A DNA stretch of 64,000 nt from Sedimentisphaerales bacterium (GTDB lineage Bacteria; Planctomycetota; Phycisphaerae; Sedimentisphaerales; SM23-30): assembly GCA_963663965.2 (NCBI GenBank), contig CAXXFK010000006.1:1-64000 (forward strand). The letters are read 5' to 3'. The notes under the pieces were generated by a model. The model was not told the DNA's origin and did not search any database. It worked only from the letters and a program-made list of their open reading frames with translations. This document shows, piece after piece, positions 1 to 9,734 of this stretch. Within the stretch, counting starts at the first letter, position 1, and each line of letters opens with the position of its first letter. The translations under genes and the position numbers were made by a program.

Positions 1-248
1 TCATCGACAATGCCATCCATGCCAAATATGATCTGTTCGACATCGGGGGTGTCGGTGACATTGATAAAGATGACTTCGGTGAGTCCGGCCATATGGGCCG
101 GAGAATCGCACATAACCGCTCCCTCGGCGACCAATGGCTGACATTTGCCGGCAGTACGGTTATAGACGAACAGTTGATGGCCGGCTTTTAAGAGGTTGCG
201 GGCCATCGGAGTTCCCATGATTCCCATGCCGATATAGCCAACTTTCAT
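1..248 (-). CDS. NAD(P)-dependent oxidoreductase, 3-hydroxyisobutyrate dehydrogenase / tartronate semialdehyde reductase family (3' end outside window)
   Basis: Manual translation from ATG 248: [32 protein letters not shown], with a Rossmann GxGxMG motif. The start overlaps the FAH gene stop (ATGA). Confidence 0.85.
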   Translation of the reverse strand, partial: MKVGYIGMGIMGTPMARNLLKAGHQLFVYNRTAGKCQPLVAEGAVMCDSPAHMAGLTEVIFINVTDTPDVEQIIFGMDGIVD

Positions 249-1050
249 GGTATTGCCTCCGTTTCGGTACGGATAGTATTTTCCAGGCGGCCGAGACCTT
301 CGATTTCGATGACAATAGAGTCACCGGGTTTCAAGGTTACTTTGGGATTCCGCGCATAGCCAACACCCGGTGGTGTGCCGGTCAGAATCAGGGTGCCGGG
401 CAGCAAGGTCATGCTCTGGGAGATAAAGCTGACCAGGTGAGGGATATTAAAAATAAAATATGAGGTACGGGATTCCTGCATGGTTTTGCCATTGAGAATC
501 GAACGAATGGCCAGGTCACTGGGATCCAGATCGGTTTCGATCCAGGGACCGACCGGGCAGAAAGTGTCAAAGGATTTGGCCCGGGCCCATTGTTCATCCA
601 GGATTTTCTGCACATCGCGGGCAGTAACATCATTGGCAATGGTATATCCAAAGATGTAGTTCCAGGCATCTTCCGGGGAGATATGTTTGGCGGATTTGCC
701 GATGACAATGGCCAGTTCGGCTTCGAAATCGACAAAATCAGGGCGATTTTCGGTAACAGAATAGGGCTTTGATGGCCGGTGAGTGAAGTGCCTGCTTTGA
801 TAAACAAACAAGGATGTTGGGGGAGTTTATTGCCGAATTCCTTGACATGATCGGCATAGTTAAGACCGACAGCCAGGATATTGGGGGGGGTAACAGGAGG
901 CAGCCAGGTTTGAATATCCTGAACGCTGCAGGAAATACCAGTCATTTCGTATTCACTGAAAATATCACCATCAATCAGTTCAATGTGATCATTATTAAGA
1001 ATGCCCTGACAGGGCAGAGAGAGCTTGTCTAAAAATCGTACTATTTTCAT
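245..1050 (-). pseudogene. Fumarylacetoacetate hydrolase family protein, frameshifted (possibly a sequencing indel)
   Basis: N-half in ORF 409..1050 (AVGLNYADH, PCLFIK); C-half in ORF 245..811 ([39 protein letters not shown]). One extra base at the G3 run 741-743 joins them as LPKIAPDFVDFE, giving 268 aa. Confidence 0.85.
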
Positions 1051-2321
1051 GAAGCATCCTTTACTCGTTCAATTCTGGCGCCAACGGCGTTTAATTTGAT
1101 TTCGATTTTTTCATAGCCGCGATCGATATGGTAAACACGCAAGATACGCGATTCGCCCCGTGCAACCAGCGCGGCCAGCACCAGCGCGGCTGACGCGCGC
1201 AGATCGGAAGCCATTACGGGGGCGCCGATTAATTCTTTGACTCCTTCGACAATAACAATGGCGCCTTCTTTGCGTAAATGGGCGCCCATTCGATTCAGTT
1301 CGGCCACGTGCATGAAGCGGTCGGGGAATATTTTTTCGGTGATAATGCTATTGCCATCGGCCAGGCAAAGCAGGGTCATGAGCTGGGCCTGCAGGTCGGT
1401 TGGGAAGCCGGGAAAAGGTTGCGTGACAATATCCGTTGGATTCAAGCGGCGGGTGGAGCTAACGGTCACGATATCGCCGGGTTCAGGTTCAATAATCACT
1501 CCGATTTCATTCAGGCGGTCAATTACGGCCATGAGATCCTGCACCCGGCAGTTTTTGAGTTTCAGTTCCCCGTTAGTGATCGCGGCCGCAACAATAAAAG
1601 TACCGGCTTCTATCCGGTCGGGTATGACTGAGTGGGTTGCGCCATGCAGTGATTCGACCCCTTCAATTATGATACGCGGGCTACCGTGTCCGGTGATATT
1701 CGCGCCCATATTATTCAGGAAATTGCCGAGATCAACGATTTCGGGCTCACAGGCGGCCGATTCGATGATTGTCGTACCCTGAGCCAGGCAGGCCGCTGAC
1801 ATAATATTCGCAGTGCCCAGTACTGTGCTGCCAAAAGCGCCGCCCATAAAAATGTGATTACCCTGTAATCCCGAGGTTTCCGCTTTAATATTGCCGCCAT
1901 CGAGATCTATGGAAGCTCCCATTTTTTCCAGGCCGCGCAGGTGCAGGTTGACCGGCCGGTCGCCAATGGCACAGCCTCCGGGCATGCTGACAGTTGCGGT
2001 TTTGCGGCGGGCAAGCAACGGACCCAGAACGCAGATGCTGGCCCGCATTTTGCGGACGCTTTCGTAGTCAGCCTCGCAGAACGATTCATCCATAGTCTGG
2101 CAATGCACAGCCCCCGTGTCATCGCGCCAGATTTTAACGCCGAGTGTTTCCAGCAAAGCGATCAAATGCCGGATATCGGCCAGGTCGGGTACATTGTGTA
2201 AAATGATTTCATCGGTTGTCAACAGCGCCGCGGACATGATTGGCAGGGAGGCGTTTTTGGAGCCACTGATTACTACCTCGCCTTTTAACCGGGTTCCACC
2301 TTGAATGACAAAACAATCCAT
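1047..2321 (-). CDS. murA: UDP-N-acetylglucosamine 1-carboxyvinyltransferase
   Basis: SGSKNASLP, MRASI, PGGCAIG (catalytic Cys), PDRIEAGT, PFPGFPTDLQ, DLRASAAL, HIDRGYE. Confidence 0.97.
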   Translation of the reverse strand: MDCFVIQGGTRLKGEVVISGSKNASLPIMSAALLTTDEIILHNVPDLADIRHLIALLETLGVKIWRDDTGAVHCQTMDESFCEADYESVRKMRASICVLGPLLARRKTATVSMPGGCAIGDRPVNLHLRGLEKMGASIDLDGGNIKAETSGLQGNHIFMGGAFGSTVLGTANIMSAACLAQGTTIIESAACEPEIVDLGNFLNNMGANITGHGSPRIIIEGVESLHGATHSVIPDRIEAGTFIVAAAITNGELKLKNCRVQDLMAVIDRLNEIGVIIEPEPGDIVTVSSTRRLNPTDIVTQPFPGFPTDLQAQLMTLLCLADGNSIITEKIFPDRFMHVAELNRMGAHLRKEGAIVIVEGVKELIGAPVMASDLRASAALVLAALVARGESRILRVYHIDRGYEKIEIKLNAVGARIERVKDAS

Positions 2322-2391
2322 TGTATGCCTCTTTCTAATAATGCTGAGTCAGGTAACGGGTATCCGTGATACCATTATCGAACCTTGAGTT

Positions 2392-3306
2392 TCAGGTGTT
2401 GGTTACGATTTTCTGTGCCTTAACGATTCTATGATGCCCGAGATGGTCTTTGACGGCTCTGATATCGGTCAAATAGCCGGCGTGTTCCATAAGATTTGTG
2501 ATCGCATCGGCCTGGTTGTAACCTACTTCCAGCATCAACCAGCCGCCCCCGGCCAGAAACACTCCGGCATCCTGGATAATGCGGCGATAATAGTTCAGGC
2601 CGTCCGTCCCGCCCTGCAGGGCGAGTTGGGGTTCATATTCTTTGACGTTGCGGTCCAACCGGGAGAATTCTTCTGTGGAGATATAGGGGGGATTCGAAAC
2701 AATGATATGAAACAGTCGGGAGGATGGCGGAGTGAAATCGTTGAAAAGATCTGATTTTAGCCACTGGATCCGATTGCCTAGTTCCAGGGTTTGCGCGTTT
2801 TGCCTGGCAATATCGAGCGCTTCATCGGAAATGTCGGTTGCGACCACCCTGGCTTCGATGGCTGAATTGGCAATAGCCAGAGCGATACATCCACTGCCAG
2901 TACAAAGATCAAGAACCCGGCATTCTTCGACATCCAGCCATTCATTAATCACTGTCAGCGCCTGTTCTACCAGCAGTTCTGTTTCGGGCCGGGGGATGAG
3001 AACGGCCGGTGTTACTTTCAGAGTCAGGCCCATGAAATGTGCCTTGCCGGTCAGGTACTGAACAGGTTCATGGGCGGCGCATCTTTTAATTAAGGCACGA
3101 TAGGTAGCCAGTTCCTGGGGGTTGGGACAATAGTCGAAGTGGGTATAGAGTTCGATGCGATCCTTTTTCAGGACATCCGCCAGCAGGATTTCGGCGCATA
3201 ACCGACCATGCTCAATATCGGCATTGGATAAATAGGTGCTGGTCCATTGTAAGAGTCGCTTGATCGTCCAGGGTTGACTTGATTCGGTGGCAGACTGGGT
3301 CGGCAT
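2392..3306 (-). CDS. prmC: Release factor glutamine methyltransferase
   Basis: EPVQYLTG, VLIPRPETELLV, LDLCTGSGCIA, VSNPPYI, EPQLALQGG. Confidence 0.95.
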   Translation of the reverse strand: MPTQSATESSQPWTIKRLLQWTSTYLSNADIEHGRLCAEILLADVLKKDRIELYTHFDYCPNPQELATYRALIKRCAAHEPVQYLTGKAHFMGLTLKVTPAVLIPRPETELLVEQALTVINEWLDVEECRVLDLCTGSGCIALAIANSAIEARVVATDISDEALDIARQNAQTLELGNRIQWLKSDLFNDFTPPSSRLFHIIVSNPPYISTEEFSRLDRNVKEYEPQLALQGGTDGLNYYRRIIQDAGVFLAGGGWLMLEVGYNQADAITNLMEHAGYLTDIRAVKDHLGHHRIVKAQKIVTNT

Positions 3307-3315
3307 GGCGTATCC

Positions 3316-4542
3316 TCAGAGTTTTTCGATTCGGGCCATCGCCTGCTCGACGGTTTCGCGGTTGCCAAACGCACTGATTCGGATAAAGCCTTCGCCAGCA
3401 GCACCGAAACCGGCGCCGGGTGTCACAACTAAATTGGCTTTGTTCAGCATGATATCGAAAAATTCCCAACTGCTGACTTTTTCGGGGGTTTTGACCCAGA
3501 TATAAGGCGCATTTTCGCCACCATAAACGGTATAACCCAAACGGGTCATTTCCGATTTTACAATTCGGGCGTTTTCCATGTAGTAATCAACCAGCGTCTG
3601 GACCTGTTGACTGCCTTGGGGTGAGTAAATCGCCGAAGCGGCCACCTGGACAGGGTAGCTGACGCCATTGAATTTAGTGCAGTGACGGCGGCTCCAGATG
3701 GGATGGACCTCGACCTGATTGCCGTTTTCCGTCCAGACTTTCAATTCTTTGGGTACAACGCTAAACGCGCAACGGGTACCGGTGAAGCCGGCGTTTTTGG
3801 AGAAACTGCGGAATTCGATGGCGACTTCACGGGCGCCGGGGATTTCATAGATTGAATGGGGAACCGATGGATCGGTGATAAAGGCGTGATAGGCGGCATC
3901 GTAAAGAATCAGGGAACGGTTGGCCCGGGCATAAGCGATCCAGCGAACCAGGTCATCTACTGTGGCGACGGCGCCGGTTGGATTGTTGGGGTAGCAGAGG
4001 TAAATGATGTCAAGCTGGGTTTCGGGTGGATTGGGTGTGAAATTGTTTTCAGGGGTGCAGGGCATATAGACAATTCCCTGATACTGGCCGGATTCGCCGG
4101 CCTTGCCGGTTCGGCCGGCCATGACGTTGGTGTCTACGTAGACCGGGTAAACCGGATCCATAACCGCGACGATGCAATCCAGTCCGAAGATTTCCTGGAT
4201 GTTGCCGGTATCGCATTTGGTGCCGTCGCTGATAAAAATTTCATCGGGATCGATATTGACGCCGCGGGAGACATAGTCATTTTCTGCAATTGCCTGGCGT
4301 AAAAAGGGATAGCCCTGTTCCGGACCGTAGCCGTGGAAGGTATCACTTTTGGCCATGTCATCCACGCCGCGATGAAAGGCCTCGATGATGGCCGGGGGGA
4401 GTGGTCTGGTAACATCACCGATGCCCAGTCGAATGACATTTTTGTCAGGATTTTCTGCTTGAAAACGGGTAACGCGACGGGATATTTCTGGGAAAAGATA
4501 GCCTGCTTTTAGTTTCAGATAGTTCTCGTTAATTTTTATCAT
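3316..4542 (-). CDS. dapL: LL-diaminopimelate aminotransferase
   Basis: [57 protein letters not shown]. Confidence 0.96.
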   Translation of the reverse strand: MIKINENYLKLKAGYLFPEISRRVTRFQAENPDKNVIRLGIGDVTRPLPPAIIEAFHRGVDDMAKSDTFHGYGPEQGYPFLRQAIAENDYVSRGVNIDPDEIFISDGTKCDTGNIQEIFGLDCIVAVMDPVYPVYVDTNVMAGRTGKAGESGQYQGIVYMPCTPENNFTPNPPETQLDIIYLCYPNNPTGAVATVDDLVRWIAYARANRSLILYDAAYHAFITDPSVPHSIYEIPGAREVAIEFRSFSKNAGFTGTRCAFSVVPKELKVWTENGNQVEVHPIWSRRHCTKFNGVSYPVQVAASAIYSPQGSQQVQTLVDYYMENARIVKSEMTRLGYTVYGGENAPYIWVKTPEKVSSWEFFDIMLNKANLVVTPGAGFGAAGEGFIRISAFGNRETVEQAMARIEKL

Positions 4543-4604
4543 AATAAAACCTTATCTTCTTGTCTGGCATAAGCTTAATAGTGATGCTAACTAGGCAACC
4601 CGCA

Positions 4605-4633
4605 AGCATACCACGGGTATTGTGAAAGATCAA
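4605..4633 (-). promoter_or_regulatory. Putative sigma70 promoter of the dapL-prmC-murA operon
   Basis: Minus strand TTGATC-N17-TATGCT with an extended -10 TG, about 60 nt upstream of the dapL start. Confidence 0.55.
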
Positions 4634-4664
4634 GGTTAGAATCGAAGCCTGTTTGTGTCAATTA

Positions 4665-5890
4665 TTGGGTATTTGGTTTGGTAGGATAGTAGCCTTTTAG
4701 CTGAAATGAGAATGGCCTGAACTGACGGATTATGATGGAATCGTTTGATGAACTACTAAGGTTGGGTTCGTTCGGAATCGGGGGGAAAAGATGCGTTTCT
4801 AATTTGACTATATTAACGCTTAAGTGAAAATATAACTCTAGATGTGTTAAGTTGGGTATGATTGGGTTTGTTTCGCGTGAGGGTGTGGTACGGGGGGCCA
4901 GCCGCAAGCGGAGTTTAAGATGGCTTACATGAAGTCTGGATAGCCGCAATGAAAAACGGGGAGGAAGGTTGATTACGAATGAACGCGAATTGATGCTGAT
5001 TGATATAATACCAGGTTAAGTGTTTGGGAAATATATATTGTATGTCAATGCCAGATAATTAGTTATAATAATTTTGACTTGGGTTGGGTTTGTTTCGCGT
5101 TGGAGATACGTTTAATTTGGCGGGGGCAAAGTGAATATATTTAAATCCTTATAATATAAGAGGTTAGAGCCACGGAATACACGGAATACACGGAAGGGAA
5201 TTTGTGTAAGTGTTTGTAATAAAAGAAGTTAAATCATAGAAAGGGATGGAATGCATGAAAAAATCAGGAAGGTTTCTGGGTGTGGTTTACGGAGGGGGTA
5301 TTTGGTTGTTAAAGAGCGATTTAAAAAAAGCACGCTAAAGCGGTGTACTCCATACGGTGGGGGAAAAAGGCGAAAAGACGAAAAAGACAAAAGAGACGAA
5401 AAGGGGAAATCACGGGCAGGGATGGTCGTGGTATGACGGGGGATACAGGGATTGAGAAAGAAATCACGGGCAGGATGCCCGTGCCACTGGTTTTTTTGTT
5501 GGAGAATGGGGGGTGGGTTGGTAAAATATATTTTATGCCCGGTTGAGTTGTTTTGGCCGGGATTTTAGCTTTGGGATCACTGGCTTTCATAAATTTTACC
5601 GTGAATAATGGAGAGAACTGCCGGGGGGGCGATGGAATTTGATGGAAGATTTCACACGAAGGCACCAAGACACGAAGAAAACAGCTTTTTAGACAGGATA
5701 ATCCCGATCCCGATGGCTCGGGATTTCGCTTTGCTCAATATCCGGGACTTTCAGCTGATTTACAGGATAAAGCAAGGAAAGATTAATGCTGAGTTGATCT
5801 GTCAGAATCAGGTTTTGTATCAGGGGATTGATGCAAAATGGAAGAATATAAGAATTTATACCATGAAGAACATGAAGAGACATGAAGGTT
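4665..5890. repeat. Non-coding mosaic of short repeats (TTGGGTTYGTT motifs, triple 8-10 nt tandem repeats, REP-like palindromes)
   Basis: Exact 17-mer TTGGGTTTGTTTCGCGT at 4862 and 5084; (CACGGAATA)x3 at 5171; (CATGAAG..)x3 at 5862; CACGGGCAGGATGCCCGTG palindrome at 5465. No credible CDS. Confidence 0.7.
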
Positions 5891-5991
5891 AACGGCCTGG
5901 GGGGCTGGTTTTTGTTGCCGAGGTTTTCGAGATAAATTGTAATCGTTTCGATTATTCAAATAGAAAAGGAAAACATTACAGGAGTTTGAAG

Positions 5992-8900
5992 ATGGTTTGT
6001 AAAAGAGTAGGTGTCCGGCTGGGATTGGTTGGGATTGTGGTTGCGTTGCTGGCCGGGATGTCTTTGGGGCAGTATTCGGGGGGAGCGGGGACGGAGGGGG
6101 ATCCTTACCAGATTGCGACGGCGGCGGATTTGATTGCGCTGGGGGAGAATACGGGGGATTATGATAAGCATTTCATCATGACGTCGGATATTGATCTGGC
6201 AGGAGCTGGTTCAGGGGAAGATGGTGTGTTTACTCAAGCCTTGCTTGCGCCTTTGAGCACTAAGCCTTTTACCGGTATATTTGATGGTGGAGGGCATATT
6301 ATTCATAATCTTGAGATTTTTCAAATAGGCAGTAATTTCACCGGATTGTGTGGCTTACTTGGACTTGGTGGGCAAATTAATAACATTGGATTAGAAAAGG
6401 TTGTTATTAGGGGAGATAATTATGTAGGTAGCATTTGTGGGTATTGTGAGGGAGAAATTTTTAATTCTTATGTCAGGGGGACAGTAAACGGTTCCGGATG
6501 GGGTGACTATGTCGGGGGTTTATGTGGTAGAAATTATGGTATTATCAGGCGTTGCTATTCCTATGTTTCAGTTAAGAATAGTGCCGGGCGTGGTGGATTC
6601 TGTGGGAGTAATTCATTGGGTATAATCACAGAAAGTTATTCTGTTGGTCAAGTATCGGGTAAGTATACTGAATCTGGTGGATTTTGTGATATAAATAGTG
6701 GTACGATTGAAAAATGTTTCTGGAATATAGAAACCTCCGGGCAATCGATTAGCAGTGGAGGGACCGGATTGACAACAGCAGAGATGTTGGATATGCAGGT
6801 CTATCTGGATGCTGGATGGGATTTCGGAAATGATGGTGAACCTGCCGATTGGATGTTGTATGAAGGGTATTATCCTACGCTGGTCTGGCAACCAGAAATT
6901 TTTTTACCTGATGTAGTTGGGTGCGAGTGGAAAGAGACAGAAACAGAATTAACAGATTCTGGATTTTGTGTTGAGTTTCAAGAAGAAATGTCTGTTGATG
7001 TTCCAGCGGGATATATTATCCGACAGTATCCGACAGGCAACCAAGAGGTTGCTGCGGGATTGACTGTCAAGTTGGTGATTTCACGGGGATTGCCTTGTGC
7101 CGGCAGTGGCACGGAGCAGGACCCGTATCAAATAGAGACGATATTCCAATGGAAGTGGCTGACGGAAACACCGGAAGTGTGGGATAAGCATTTTATTTTA
7201 ACGGCGAATCTTGATTTCAAAGGAATGGAAATTCAGCAGATTGGACGCTTTTTGCGCACTCTTGTGTATGAACCTTTCTCTGGGGTAATAGAGGGCAATG
7301 GGCATGTTATGAAACAGATTAAGATGGTGTATCCAGGCAACCTTACCTATTATAATGAAGGTTTTGGTTTGTTTGCTTTTCTGGATGGCGCGGTTATTCG
7401 GAATCTGGGTCTGATGGACTTTGATATGACGCTGGGAACTAATGTATATCATATCGATGCGGGTTGTCTGGCAGGACATATAAGTGATCTGGAACCTTAT
7501 ACTAACGGCGCAATCATTGAGAACTGTTATGTTACCGGTAAAATTACTGGATCCATTAATGATGGAGGAATCGGTGGATTGATTGGTTCTAATCGATACG
7601 GTAAGATAAAGAATTGTTATTCTGACTGTGTTATAGACGTAGTGACGCCTGATACGTCAGGGTATACGGCATCTCTGGTTGGTTATAGCATTACAGAAGG
7701 CAGTTTGATAGAGCGATCTTTCTGGAATATTGAAAAGGAAGCTAATGGAGTAGGATACACGAGAGATACTGAGGTGGTTGATAATAGTGGTCTTACAGCG
7801 GCCATGATGTCCGATATCGGTTTGTATCTTAATTATGGGTGGGATTTTATTGGTGAAACTCAAAATGGCGCTGAAGATATCTGGCATATGCCCTGGGGAC
7901 AGGACGGGCCACCTAAGTTATGGAATGAGAAGGATATTCCCGGTGATGTGGCGGGGCGGTATGGGGTTGATCTGGCCGACTTGGATCGGTTGTCGGCGGA
8001 CTGGCTGAGAGATGACAGTGATTATCAATTTGATGGGGTATCTGGGTCTGATGGTTGTGTGGATACTGTTGAACTGGGGATGATTGCGGATAATTGGTTG
8101 GTCCAGCCGGAACTGGGTGAAAAGGTATCGCTGGTTTCGCACTGGCCATTTGATGTGGATGGTGTTGATGTTGAACGGGGGATAGAGGTGGTGATGAAAA
8201 ATGGCGCCACGCTGGTTCATGATCAGGGGGATTTCCGGATTGGTACTGGATCTGTTAAATTCGATGGTGTTGATGATCTGCTGGAGTGTGTGAGTGAAGA
8301 AACGCTGACAGACAGTAAGTGCTTTTCTGTTGCCATGTGGATCAATGTTAATCAGATAATATTTAGCCGAACCATGCATATTATCGGTCAGCGTGATGGC
8401 ACCGATCATTTGTGGAGTTTGCAACTCTGGGGTGCGAATGAGGCTCATTTGACAGGTTTTGTTGGCGGAACCAGTGGTTATGCTTTAACTGAAACCAGTT
8501 ATACTCCTATCAGAAACAGCTGGATTCATGTGGCAATGATTTATAACGACTACGGTGACCGTATGGTGCATTTGTATATCAATGGCGAGGAAGTTTCCAC
8601 CGTTCAGCAGGTTGCCGTGGAAGGAGAACTCCAATCTAATGGGTCGATTCCAATGACATTTGGTGATCGCATTGGAGGGGGCCGGGCGTTTGCAGGTATG
8701 ATTGATGATGTCGTGCTTACTCAACGAATTTTATCAGAATATGAAATAGATAAACTGGCAGAACTATATGCGCCCATCTCATACTGGCCATTCGATACGG
8801 ATGGCAGGGATGAGAAGAATCGAAATGAAGCGGTGTTGCAAAAAGGCGCATCCATAAGTCAGATTTCTGGTGAGTATCGGATCGGGCAAGGGGCGTTGAA

Positions 8901-9420
8901 GCTGGATGGCGAGGATGATATCGCCGTTTGCAGGACAGTGGGCATACCTAAAGACTCTACTGCATTCAGCGTGGCGCTGTGGTTCAAGGCGGATGAAGTG
9001 TCCGAAGATAAAACTGTGCAGTTGATTGGGCAACGGGATCTGTCGGAACATGTCTGGAGTTTGCAGATATGGGGCGCGAACAGCAGGCATTTGACGGGAT
9101 TTGTGGGGGGAAGTAGTGGTAATGCCCTTACTGAAACGGCATTTGTACCAGAGGTGGGGCGTTGGTATCATGTGGTGATGGATTATAATGATGCTTCCGG
9201 GCGAATGGTGCACATTTATGTAGATGGGGTAGAAGTGGATACCATTCAGCAAACAGCACTTACTGGCGTTTTGGCTACAAAAAATACCGAAGTGAAATCA
9301 TCTATGGGAGATCGTATTGGAGGAACTCGGGCACTTAGCGGCAGCCTTGATGATGTGCGGATTTATCCCAGAATATTATCGACAGGCGAGATTGCAAAGT
9401 TGGCGGGGATGGGGGGGTGA
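5992..9420 (+). CDS. Secreted multidomain protein: GLUG-repeat module, PASTA, second GLUG module, dockerin-like pair, two LamG (concanavalin-like) domains
   Basis: Signal peptide; AGGAG RBS before ATG 5992; GAGTEGDPYQI and GSGTEQDPYQI module starts; VGGLCGxN repeats; LPDVVG...IIRQYP (PASTA); GDVAGRYGVDLADL..DWL; two HWPFD/YWPFD...DDV LamG units. Confidence 0.85.
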   Translation: MVCKRVGVRLGLVGIVVALLAGMSLGQYSGGAGTEGDPYQIATAADLIALGENTGDYDKHFIMTSDIDLAGAGSGEDGVFTQALLAPLSTKPFTGIFDGGGHIIHNLEIFQIGSNFTGLCGLLGLGGQINNIGLEKVVIRGDNYVGSICGYCEGEIFNSYVRGTVNGSGWGDYVGGLCGRNYGIIRRCYSYVSVKNSAGRGGFCGSNSLGIITESYSVGQVSGKYTESGGFCDINSGTIEKCFWNIETSGQSISSGGTGLTTAEMLDMQVYLDAGWDFGNDGEPADWMLYEGYYPTLVWQPEIFLPDVVGCEWKETETELTDSGFCVEFQEEMSVDVPAGYIIRQYPTGNQEVAAGLTVKLVISRGLPCAGSGTEQDPYQIETIFQWKWLTETPEVWDKHFILTANLDFKGMEIQQIGRFLRTLVYEPFSGVIEGNGHVMKQIKMVYPGNLTYYNEGFGLFAFLDGAVIRNLGLMDFDMTLGTNVYHIDAGCLAGHISDLEPYTNGAIIENCYVTGKITGSINDGGIGGLIGSNRYGKIKNCYSDCVIDVVTPDTSGYTASLVGYSITEGSLIERSFWNIEKEANGVGYTRDTEVVDNSGLTAAMMSDIGLYLNYGWDFIGETQNGAEDIWHMPWGQDGPPKLWNEKDIPGDVAGRYGVDLADLDRLSADWLRDDSDYQFDGVSGSDGCVDTVELGMIADNWLVQPELGEKVSLVSHWPFDVDGVDVERGIEVVMKNGATLVHDQGDFRIGTGSVKFDGVDDLLECVSEETLTDSKCFSVAMWINVNQIIFSRTMHIIGQRDGTDHLWSLQLWGANEAHLTGFVGGTSGYALTETSYTPIRNSWIHVAMIYNDYGDRMVHLYINGEEVSTVQQVAVEGELQSNGSIPMTFGDRIGGGRAFAGMIDDVVLTQRILSEYEIDKLAELYAPISYWPFDTDGRDEKNRNEAVLQKGASISQISGEYRIGQGALKLDGEDDIAVCRTVGIPKDSTAFSVALWFKADEVSEDKTVQLIGQRDLSEHVWSLQIWGANSRHLTGFVGGSSGNALTETAFVPEVGRWYHVVMDYNDASGRMVHIYVDGVEVDTIQQTALTGVLATKNTEVKSSMGDRIGGTRALSGSLDDVRIYPRILSTGEIAKLAGMGG

Positions 9421-9734
9421 TGGTTTGGGGAGGATAGCCGGCCGGCCGGTAAATAAATTTGGAGTGATAAAAGAAGAAATAGACAGTGTTAATATGGTGA
9501 ATATAGACGTAAGGCACCTTTTTGTATATAGTTATGGTGTGATGTGATATGGTAAATCGAAGCGGGCGGAGTGTGAGGCCTGGTCGGGATTTTCTTGATC
9601 TGGCGGCCGGTTTTCTGGTAGAATGGTTATGGTAATTAAAAACTGTTCATATAGGGTGTTTTTGTGAAAACAAGATAACGTTTTGATATGTCGTATTTTA
9701 AACAAGATATTCACTTTATGTGGAGGAACGAAGA

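Noticed and set aside
4665..5890. CRISPR array
   Set aside because: Repeats are short, heterogeneous and irregularly spaced; no 23-47 bp conserved repeat with uniform spacers; no cas genes.
4662..5892. Short ORFs in the repeat region (4662..4949, 5251..5436, 5321..5668, 5608..5892)
   Set aside because: They are translations of the repeats (ETNP/NEPN, KDEKDKRDEK, TMKNMKRHE), overlap on both strands and show no family motifs.
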